A stretch of DNA of 63,997 nt, filler included. It is 11 parts of 11 records of this genome, joined end to end, with 100 filler letters (N's around TTAATTAATTAA, not from the genome) between each part and the next. Parts side by side here need not be neighbours in the genome. Positions count along the whole stretch, not along the records: positions 8,693 to 22,328 come from SRR9188676_924; positions 22,429 to 25,729 come from SRR9188676_928; positions 25,830 to 29,172 come from SRR9188676_938; positions 29,273 to 31,333 come from SRR9188676_941; positions 31,434 to 35,935 come from SRR9188676_944; 6 more parts are not named here. One strand, 5' to 3'. The notes under the pieces were generated by a model. It saw only the letters and a list, made by a program, of their open reading frames with translations. It searched no databases and had not been told where the DNA came from. The position numbers and the translations under genes were made by a program. Positions 21,631 through 31,945 of the stretch are shown here, one piece after another. Position 1 is the stretch's first letter. Each line of letters starts with the position of its first letter.

Positions 21631-22104
21631 CTAATCTTTTTGCAACCAAGTTGGAATAAAGTCCAGATTCCAAATACCGTGAATATAGATAGATTCTGGA
21701 AAGCGGCTACCTCCAATCCCATAAACCATAATAAACTTCTTTGGTGTAGAAAAGCTCTTTACTATAAAAAAGCTATCAAAGGGATGATTTTTTGTAGTTA
21801 AATAATAACAATCGGAATTATTTTTTAATATCAATCCAAAATGGATTGATATAAGTTCTAACTCATCCAAAGAAATTTTTTTATTAAATGTATCCAACGC
21901 ATCAACAGAAGACTTATTGAATAACTCAATCCTTAAATCATCTATTTCAACAAATGAATTTTTATAGATATTATATTCATAAGTTGTAAGGTCGTTATCA
22001 TAAGTTTGTTGGACATCAAAATGATTTACCCCATCAAAAAAAATATAATTATCTATCCTTTTATTTATAAAACTCTTATCCATTGTCCATTTATTAAACT
22101 CCAT
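21631..22104 (-). CDS. Hypothetical protein (AT-rich orphan)
   Basis: 157-aa ORF with A-rich leader before ATG; no recognised motif. Confidence 0.7.
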   Translation of the reverse strand: MEFNKWTMDKSFINKRIDNYIFFDGVNHFDVQQTYDNDLTTYEYNIYKNSFVEIDDLRIELFNKSSVDALDTFNKKISLDELELISIHFGLILKNNSDCYYLTTKNHPFDSFFIVKSFSTPKKFIMVYGIGGSRFPESIYIHGIWNLDFIPTWLQKD

Positions 22105-22547
22105 TTTTCAATTATTTTATTTTGGGGGCTGTCACCCGACCAGTCCACATAGATTATTTTGAACGCTATTCTGAGCAGTATGTGCAAAAATAATATTGGC
22201 TTGATGGGCGGTTCTGGAGACCACCACAGTAATAAATCCACCAATACACCCAAATTGAGTTCTAATACAGATTTTCTGACTATTAACTCAGTTTGACAGA
22301 GCTTTAACTCAGATTTATTGAGTACTAANNNNNNNNNNNNNNNNNNNNNNNNNNNNNNNNNNNNNNNNNNNNTTAATTAATTAANNNNNNNNNNNNNNNN
22401 NNNNNNNNNNNNNNNNNNNNNNNNNNNNGATAAAAATCAAGTCTAAATCTAAAAACAGCACCTCTCATCATAAACAAATAAATAAGCCATTAATGGATAG
22501 AGTATACTGATAACTGTCATGATAGAGAAGATTGGAGCTGCTCTTAC

Positions 22548-25317
22548 CGGCCAGACACGGCATGCTTGAGAGGGCGGAAAGATGTGCGGTAGACAATGAC
22601 ATTTTCCTTGCCGAATTCCTTACACGCGTCTTCTTCAATGAGACCCACAGATCCGAGAGTGGGGGTGCTGAATACGGCGGTGGGAATCGCTCGGTAATCA
22701 ACCTATATCGAGAGAAAAACAAATAAATAAATAAGCCATCAATTACCGCAATTATTGTAAATATAAATACAGCAGCAACCCGAACCCGGGTAGAGCGAAT
22801 GCTGGAATGGAAACAGCCGCACTTGATAAGTCAGAAAAATGGGAGTAACGAATACTGCTGTGGGACTGGTCCGGTAATCAACAGGCATGATGAATTGGGA
22901 GCAGAAACACTCAAAATTCAGAAAAAGAAGAAAACGCAAGTATGAATACTGCTCTGGAAATGACTTTGTAACCAACCTCTATGATTTATGATCAAGGAGA
23001 AAAAGTAGAAAGAAGGAAACCCAGAGGGTGAAGAGTACAAATGCATTCGGGTTTCGAATTCGGCTACCTATGTGACCGAGTTCGATTCTGAAAGGTTCAA
23101 CACTCTATCCTGGCTGATTAGTGATAGACGCGGACGAGATGACTTGATTGGTCCTTTCGGATTAAAATGATGCTATGAAGGAAAAGTTCAGAAATGATCG
23201 TGATGTACGATTGTCCAAGGGAACGTTCCCTTGGATGGTCACAGATGTTCGAAATTGCACTACTTGGCGAACTGTATGAAAACCGAAGACCATCATCAAA
23301 GCGTGATGAGCAAGTGTTGTATATCTGAGATAATTTAATATCGATCTGTTTTCGGTATGCGATCCTGAAACAGCCGAGATCCGATGATGACACATCTGTA
23401 CAGGAAAAGGCTCCATCAAGATCCGTCCGTCCAAGGATACAATATTTTTTTCAATGTACACCGCTTTACGAAAGAAAGTGACAGGAAATGTCTCATATGG
23501 ATCTCAGAAGAGGAGGGGATCAAGAGATGCCCATCTTGACCGGATCACCAAAAGGAGCAATCAGGTGTGCTATATATTGCATATCTACAAATTTCTAACG
23601 ATTGTTGATAATTTCCACTGAAGCCCTCAGCTTGGGTAACCAATCCAAGATTCAACATGAACTCAATGGCAAACGCATCTTTTTTCGACATCAACACCTT
23701 CGGCCTGGACAAAAGCACCGAGTCTCTCATTACCCAGCGAGCTATGCACTATAATTTGATATGCAGAGGATTGTTTCTGGGTGGTCCGATCAACTGACAA
23801 AGATCCAATACTTCCACATCATCATCTCCAGAAAAAAAATGAATGAGAGAAATGAATCACAGAATGGAGAACAGTCGCGAATGTCGCATCTGTGGCGATT
23901 TCAATTCCAGGGTAAATTATACAGGAGAAAAAAAATAATGTCACATCTAAATAAAGGGTTCATTTTCCCGCCCCCTGTCTTTTTCAGATTTCACATCGAC
24001 CGAAGTCTTCATTTCTACGATGACGGAATCAACTCAAGCACAGCAGCCACCGAAATGCGTCGACTTTGTTGGCTATACTGTCCAGTGCTCAAATCTAACC
24101 GTTGGAAAGGAAGTTCTGTTTGGGAACGGGCGGTGCAAGGAAGAGGTCGAGTACGATTTCATCTGGCCTGAACCAAACAACGTAAAAATAGTGCAAGTTA
24201 CTATCGACTATTACAACGAATTAAAATGTGGAGCAGTCATATTTAATAATGGCACTTCTCAGTACACGTCGCCTGGAACGAAGCAGATTCACAAGCACGG
24301 GCCGACGCTGAACGTCAAATACATTCCAGTGAAAGGCAGCGAACTGAAAACCTTGAAAGTCATATGGAAACGAGATGGATTGCTCACTGCACTGCGAAAA
24401 TCAGAGGAGAAGGTGATTGTGAAATATGGGGCGAATGAGCTCGAAGTGAACACACACATCATTAACTCGCGCAGCGAAGCATTGAAAGGCATTATTCGTT
24501 CAAAAAAGAAGAAGCCGATTGTGATTGAAATCAAAGATCGTCTCAGTAGATCCATAAGAGCTTTCTTTTGGTACCTTGAAACGGACGCAATCTCACTGAA
24601 AGAACCAGAAAATGCGCTTGTGATTTTGGATTTGCTGCGATTGGCCGATGAATACCAGGTCTCGGACCTATGGCAGGCCGGAATGTCATACTTGCACAAC
24701 CAAGACTCACTACAAAACTACTCCAAAGCACTAGCATTGGCAAAGGAGACCGGTAATACGGAGATCGCCCTGCAACTCACCGTTTGGGCTGATCGTCGCT
24801 CCTATAACCCCCCACCTGAGCCAGAGGTCGAGCAAGTTGTACCAATTCCGATAGAGCTCCCTCACTCCCCTTAATCATATCACTTGAATGATGGACATAG
24901 ATCAGACGATTATGGACTTTAAACTAAACATGAAAAAACCTTACTTCCATCACGTACTGGCTGTAATAACAATTGAACATTGACGATTATTCATCATCCT
25001 CATCATCCTCCCAACGAGATTTTGCAACCGGAATATGTTTAGAAATGTTCACTCAACATATGTCAGCAATAACCGACCGATAATCTCTTATGACCACCTG
25101 TTTGAGCACAGTTTTCATGTCGAATGAAAAAACGAAAAATGAATTCAATAAAATAAAAGTCTCATACCTGGCGAGGCTTGTTTCCAAAAATAGTATCAGC
25201 GAAACAGTGCCCCTCACGAATGGCCACAGGAGTAAGTTGAACACGCCCCGTCACATCACCCACAGCAAAGATGTTGTCAACATTCGTGCGCTGATGATGG
25301 TCCACTCGGATGGCACC
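22548..25317 (-). CDS. Glutathione reductase, two internal exons (25317..25168, 22702..22548) separated by a 2465-nt intron
   Basis: [76 protein letters not shown]...[14 protein letters not shown]. Phase-0 GTATGA...TAG junction gives a seamless GR sequence. Confidence 0.9.
24020..24874 (+). CDS. Intronless BTB/POZ-domain protein nested in the GR intron
   Basis: 284-aa [17 protein letters not shown]...[15 protein letters not shown]...[13 protein letters not shown] is the BTB/BACK pattern. Confidence 0.75.
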   Translation: MTESTQAQQPPKCVDFVGYTVQCSNLTVGKEVLFGNGRCKEEVEYDFIWPEPNNVKIVQVTIDYYNELKCGAVIFNNGTSQYTSPGTKQIHKHGPTLNVKYIPVKGSELKTLKVIWKRDGLLTALRKSEEKVIVKYGANELEVNTHIINSRSEALKGIIRSKKKKPIVIEIKDRLSRSIRAFFWYLETDAISLKEPENALVILDLLRLADEYQVSDLWQAGMSYLHNQDSLQNYSKALALAKETGNTEIALQLTVWADRRSYNPPPEPEVEQVVPIPIELPHSP

Positions 25318-25829
25318 CTGTGTGCAATACGATAGAGACAAAAGAAAGAAAGAAAGAAAAATAACCATCAGCCCACAATGTGAAATAATGCGGGTGTGGT
25401 GAATCAGGCGACAGCAGAATGAAATGGCTGATAATGCCGAATAGAACCGACAGAGAATAAAGTGTCGAAGTCCAATAGTTGTTTGAAAACTCTCCTCTTA
25501 AAAACGCAGAAAAACGCGATCAATATTCGTAAGATGGTGCTGATACTCAAAAATGCAACTGAAATTGATCTTATCAACAGCATCCACATTCAAACAGCTA
25601 CAATCGGATCGCACCCTACTGCAATATCTAAGAACAAAGAGTGTATGTGTAGGCCAAGGAATGGTGGATGGCGACGTTGGATTTGGGGTACCTCTGGCTC
25701 CTAAGGAACATAAAACGCCCCTTAAGAGCNNNNNNNNNNNNNNNNNNNNNNNNNNNNNNNNNNNNNNNNNNNNTTAATTAATTAANNNNNNNNNNNNNNN
25801 NNNNNNNNNNNNNNNNNNNNNNNNNNNNN

Positions 25830-27164
25830 AGTTGACGTTTTTCCTGGTACCGAGAATGATGAAGATGGGGTTGTTGTTGTGTGTGTAACCGTTGGAGTGT
25901 ACCAAGTCGCGGGCTGCATACGGCTACCTGCGCCCTGTGAATGGCTAAGTCCGTTACTGCCAACAAGACCTTTGCTATTCGGTCCTTGAGTGTAGCTCGT
26001 ATTGGCCAGGTTTCGAGCAGTGGTAGATGAACTATAGTGGTTCTTTTGTCCTTGAAAACCTCCTCCGCCTATTCGACTCGAAACTGGTGTTGATGGTGCT
26101 CTATGAATGTGATAGGAGTCCTCAAAGAAGCTCATCGGGCTGGAGACGTGTGGGGAAGAAGAATGGACCGTAGGAGGTGACAAGCGACTAGAAATCTTCG
26201 TCGGAGTGTATAAGCTGTATCCTGGAGTGATCGAAGATGTGGCTGTGGTCGAGGGAGAGTGATTGGGGAAGAGGAAGGAGGGAGAGGGAGAGGGAGACAT
26301 TGCTGTGATGGAAGCACGAGGACGGGGTTGGGAATCAGCTCCAAAATAGTAGGGGCTAGAACTGCGATGCGGAGTGGTCATCGGGACGGATCGTTTCTGT
26401 GAGAAGGGAAAATCCAAGAATTGAAAATGTACAGCCCGATGAGTGTCCGAAGAGAAGATATCGAGGAGGTACGCTGTATTCAATCAAGTAATCACTAGCA
26501 GAGCAGTGAAGAATGTGATAGATAGAAAAAATATATCCTTTTGTCAATTCTTGACACAACAGGTCAGAGGACCATATCAAATCAAAGCAGACTTACAATA
26601 TGTTCAGATTGCGGCGTTCTTGGTATTTTTCTAGGTTGATGATCAGAAATAACCTGCGCCTGGTTGGAAGATCTCTGCTTGAAAGAATGAGAACGACGAA
26701 ATCGAGGAGAGAAAGATGAAGGGTTACTCACCCGATCAGAAGAGTTCTGATCGGCTTCGAAGCCAACAGAAAAAGATGTGGATGAACTAAAGCTTGGTCT
26801 TTGAGCAGATTGGATGGGGATTTGTCGCGACTAGCGATACCAAGCACAGAAAAAAGCAATTAGAAAAAACATCCACCATCACGAGCAGAGATTACCTTTT
26901 GAGATGGGTGAAGCTCAGAAGAGGATACCTCCCCTTGGAGAGACTCTGCAGCATATTGCGGTCTAAATGATACCATATAAGCGTGAAACTTTCAAAAATC
27001 TGACTTGCTGGGGCGTACTCTGCTGATCGAGAGATCACGGCGGGATATCCATCTTCATCTTCCCTCTTCCTTTTACTGCTGCCTTCAAGAACATCTTTGA
27101 CAACCTCAACGCCTGTCAAGACAGGATCTAGAACTGTATCTCTGAGGAATCGAAGCATTCCCAT
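25830..27164 (-). CDS. Multi-exon hypothetical protein with Ser/Pro/Thr-rich N-terminal region, 3' truncated
   Basis: ATG 27164 (MGMLRFLRDTVLDP...KRKRE) and a long open S/P/T-rich frame about 26400-25830. Exon boundaries only partly resolved. Confidence 0.5.
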
Positions 27165-27427
27165 GGAGAAGCTCGTCTTTCGTCTTTCGCACAAAAATCA
27201 AAAAAAATCTTAGATCGTCTTAGGGTGGGTATAAAGATTAACCATGTCGGATATGAAGAAGATTTACACAGATCGAATGTAAGGGGGGGTTACATGCTTG
27301 GATAATAACAACTTCGAGTTAACGTAACTTCGTGGCTCACCTCCTCATCTCTCGAGTCTGCGTCACGATGCATTGCAATGTATATTAGTCGTTGGATGCA
27401 TTCTCTTGTCGACCTCTTTAATCCATA

Positions 27428-29047
27428 ATGCCTTTTTTCGTTCTCCTCTGCCTCCTGCTCGTCTGCCATCATGGTGTTCTCGCCGATTCGACCCCATGGG
27501 CGATTGTTGGACACCGAAATAATACATCTAGAGATCAAGCTTCCTTTGACACTTCCGGTTTCTCAGTAGCCACTGATGCTCAAGGGAGCACTTACGTTGC
27601 TGGTTTCTTTGCTGGTCAAGATGTGGTTTTCGGAAATCAGAACAATGATATTTCTGTTTCCACTGAAAAGGACGATCCTGCAAATATTTTAGTTGCAAAG
27701 GTATCCCCTCGAGGGAAACTTGAATGGATACTTCATGGAGGTGGCAAAGATGCTGATGCACTCTACTCAATTGTGGTCGGTGAGACCATTGAGAGTAGAG
27801 TGGATTCGTTCTCTGGAAAGTATCGCGTGCAAATCTTTCAAAATATTACTTCAGTCTATGTTGCCGGGACCATTGGACCAGGCACTGCCACCTTCTTCAA
27901 CTCTGACGGCACATCTAAAGGCTTATCAGACCCATCCCCCCGGTATCAAAACGGGACCTGTTTTGCTGCGAGAATTGATTCCATTTCTGAAGTATCTCAC
28001 TACTTTAACCAAGCCAATGAGAAGGAGAAAATCGAATGGAAGAGCAGCGGACAATGGGTGTGGCTGCGATCCTTCCCTGAAAGTGCTCATGACGATGCCC
28101 TTCGTAGTATTTCCCTCATGCCACTCAATACTGAGCCAAAAACTAATCTTGTTCTGCTTGCTGGTACTTTTGATGGACATTGCGTCTTTTCTACACTCTT
28201 TGGGAATGATGGCAGCTTGGACACATTCCAAGTTTGTCGATTATCTGGTCCTTCGACCATTGTCTCCGCACTCTATGATGTTCAAGAAAAAGCTGTTTAC
28301 CTAGCAGGAAACTTCTATGGAAATGGCACCGTCCTGTCTCATAGCTACATTGGAAGGTAAACCTCCCCTCCCACATCCCATCAAACCCTGTCAACAAAGC
28401 AGTCCTATCATTTGTTTCGATGGAGCATGTCACATTCAGCATGTTCATCCCATCCCTTCCTAAGCCGGTACCTCTCAGCCTTTCCAGCCCTTAGCCGACA
28501 GGAAACATAATCAGATTTTTTGCGAGACCAATATATCTTTACTTTGTAACTCTCATAGAAGTCATCCATTCATACCGGTAGCAGATTTCAGGGGAGAACG
28601 GGGTGGGCTCGGGCCAAAGAAGACGATTACAAATAATAGCATTATTTGTGAATAGGGCAACGGATTTTTGGACTTACAATGGGGGAATGGGTCCAAAAAT
28701 CCCTTTCTTGTGCTTACGTCATTAATAAATGACCCCATTTGCACGCACAACTCAGTGATATGACTTGATAGAAGCCGTTCCCATATGACTTTTCCACTAA
28801 GAACGGAATGCGCTATTTTTTGAATTTTGTTTGCTTGTTCTCATTCTCTCTGCCCCTTCTGCTTCGATATATTTGCTTCTCATCTTTTAGGGGCAGTAAT
28901 CGACGCAAGGACGGGATACCAGTGCTATCGGCCGGTGAAAGTGATGTGTTCATTGCTAAATATAGTGATGCGTTGGAAATGGAGTGGGTGCAAACTGTCG
29001 GAGAGTGCTCCGATGACACTGTGGCAAGCATGGCCATAACACACGAT
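27428..29047 (+). CDS. Secreted beta-propeller (SBBP-like repeat) protein, join(27428..28356,28891..29047), 3' truncated
   Basis: Signal peptide; repeats SVATDAQGSTYVAG, ILVAKVSPRGKLEW...GG, SAGESDVFIAKYSDALEMEWVQTVG; phase-2 GT-AG intron. Confidence 0.75.
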
Positions 29048-30258
29048 GTAAGTACTGAATTTTGGTCAACTCCAGCCTCAAAAAAACAACAAAACTTGAG
29101 TTTTCAGGGTCACGTCCCGAAGCCTACTTTTTAAGAGCAGGTTGAAATAGTTATTTTCGCAAGGGAGATTTGNNNNNNNNNNNNNNNNNNNNNNNNNNNN
29201 NNNNNNNNNNNNNNNNTTAATTAATTAANNNNNNNNNNNNNNNNNNNNNNNNNNNNNNNNNNNNNNNNNNNNTCCCGCCAGGTAAGTGCCGAGTCAGCTT
29301 TTTCACCCCCATATAAATAAACTGAAAATTTCTGATTTATGGGTTTGCTCGATCACATCAGTCATCACACTTTTTGGTGTTTACTATTTATTGAGCTGTC
29401 TCGGGCTGTTCGATTGATTGAATGGATGGAGTTTGAAAGGGTATGAACATTTGAATAATATTTTCGAGTTATATGGAGCTAATTGGTCCGAAATCGTGGA
29501 ATGTGTGTGATTTACGACTGAGGGCGTAATGTAGGGGTTTTCTCTTAGGACTATTTTTGTCGGTACCCCCTGATGCCTGTTATACATCCAAGCGTTAGTC
29601 GGAAAATGGGATAATGTGTTTTGTGTGAGGTAAAAGCCTTCATTTTTACTCATTTCCAGATACTTTCTTGAGACATATTCTCGTTTATATTTGTTTAATG
29701 TTGATTCTCATCCTCAAATCCATTTTCTTGCTGATACATATTCTGCACGACTTCCTGATGATCTTGCCGTGTTTGTTATTCTTCTCGCCAAAATTTATTG
29801 ATAATTAACATAGTGATCTTCACTTAACGTTTTGGCTATCATTTGTGTATCATCTGATATCTGATTGACCCACCTCCATCACGACACCCACCAATCAACA
29901 TCGGCTTACATCATTCTTTCTTGTAAACTTTTTCTTTTTCTCCCAGAGACTCGAATGAAATGACGCTGCAAAGATGGTAACTGTGACAAACTTGCTTCTC
30001 ATTCTGTTGGGCCGACTTGGTCTTGCCAGTAAGTGCCTTCATTCACACGATCCTCTCATCTAGTCTGATCCCTCAAAATCTCATCTATCGGAAGCAGAGC
30101 AACTCCAAAAATAGTAAATATGGGATTAAATTGGAATTTTCTAGCAAGAGATCTCTTATTTACTCATCATGGCAATCTTATCCTTCCACCTCGCTCTCAA
30201 GCATGACATCTGATCAGTCTGTGTGTGTACGCGCTCTACATTTGGATGCTATATCTAG

Positions 30259-30858
30259 GCGGGCAGCAGTCACAGGACAGCGTGCTGAATGCACTATATC
30301 AGGCCACCAATGGGCCGTTTTGGTTGAACAACAATAAGTGGAACACTTCCGCGCCTGTGTGTGAGTGGTATGCCGTGGTGTGTAGTGGGGGGAACGTCAC
30401 TGCTCTGTACGTCCCATCCCCTGCCGTACCATACTCAGATACATGTCATACTACACCAGATCCATATCCTTACCATATCAATGTCGGACATCTCATACCA
30501 TACTAAACCAGCCAGTACCCAGATCCATTCCATACCCTGGTCTCCCTATCCAGACCAATATATCCACATCTTATCGTATCATATCCTTACCATATCGTAA
30601 GGCAAGGCCAGTCAGGCGATCAGATAAGTCAGTGCCCTGAACTAAAGCGAGAAATACATACAATCATCATTTGCGTGTCTGAACTGAATGCCCTGGGATT
30701 TTTCTCTCTCGGGATATTCTCTTTCTCTTCTGTCTTTGTCTCTCTGATTTTCGCTCTCTCTCTTATGTTTGTGTGTTTATGTGCAGCTCACTCTTTGCCA
30801 ACAATCTTACAGGGACCATCCCGCCCGATGTGGCCTGGCTCCCCTATCTCAAAGAATT
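30259..30858 (+). CDS. Plant-type LRR protein fragment: LRR N-cap exon 30259..30406 and a 72-nt single-LRR exon 30787..30858
   Basis: LNALYQATNGPFWLNNNKWNTSAPVCEWYAVVC cap; L|SLFANNLTGTIPPDVAWLPYLKEL; GT-AG boundaries. Confidence 0.8.
30427..30597. repeat. Degenerate CCATA/CATAT simple repeats in an intron; also (TTYGRA)n at about 30899-30937
   Basis: Recurrent ccatatc/ccatac units, including catatccttaccatatc twice. Confidence 0.6.
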
Positions 30859-31945
30859 GTACGCTTGTGCTCCCATTTGTATTGTGCAGTGGAATGTATT
30901 CGGATTCGGATTTGGATTCGGATTTGAATTTGGATTTCTATGTAATGCAACGCCGTTGGGGCAAAGACCTGATGGCTTCAGGGCAACCATAGAGAGAGAG
31001 CGAGTAAGAAAAATAACAGTGCAGTCTCGTTTGGAGTTGCAGGGAGCAATGTCTTCTTTCCGTTTTTTATTTTTCTCCTTTTGCAACGAGAGGGTTTCGG
31101 AGATAGAATTGCACATGCTAAGCACTTTACAGTGGGGCAGCCGTCTCGGGATCACCTTCGAATGTGTGTGCGGGGGAGTTGCTCCCTCACCCTCTCTCGC
31201 CCCCCTTGAATCTCCGTAGAAATCCCATGCTGTGCATTTTTCTCAGCCTGTGTTTTTAACTGCAATTCTCTGGTAAGCGTATCATTTTCATCTTCGATTT
31301 TCCACACAATGAGCAAGAATGCGGGTGTGGATCNNNNNNNNNNNNNNNNNNNNNNNNNNNNNNNNNNNNNNNNNNNNTTAATTAATTAANNNNNNNNNNN
31401 NNNNNNNNNNNNNNNNNNNNNNNNNNNNNNNNNTCTCCAGAATAGAACCACATCGAAAATCTCAGAGGCATTCTTCATACCTGAATTGTTCTGGAATATT
31501 TTTTTGCAGTTGTTTCGATGCGATATCGTGTGTATTTCTTTGCCTCTCTCGTAAGAAAAAATCAAACTGCACTTCTCTTCTATGACGTGACGAGATTGGA
31601 TATTTTGGAAAAGACATCGATCATTGATACATACGACGGGCGATCCATGATCAAATCGAAAGGACAAAAATGATCAACACTCCAAAGAGGGTGTATATGA
31701 ATTCCGTATCGCACGGAATTCACTTGAAGAACATAATGAGAATCGGTGCTTCGATTATGTGCAATTTCTGAGGATCGAAAGACGAGGACAGAAGAGAATG
31801 CTTGTGAGTTCAGAAGGCAATCAATATGAAAGTAACAATTCCTCCATTATTAAGTTCTCCTAGGTTTCTTTCATGATATCCCAGGAGCTTCGAAGCGAGA
31901 AGATACGATTTTCGGTGTGCAAGCGCATGTGCAAGCCATATGTAC

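Noticed and set aside
20742-22230. Integron attC sites or CRISPR repeats
   Set aside because: No matching RYYYAAC/GTTRRRY ends, no identical direct repeats with regular spacers, and no integrase or cas gene visible.
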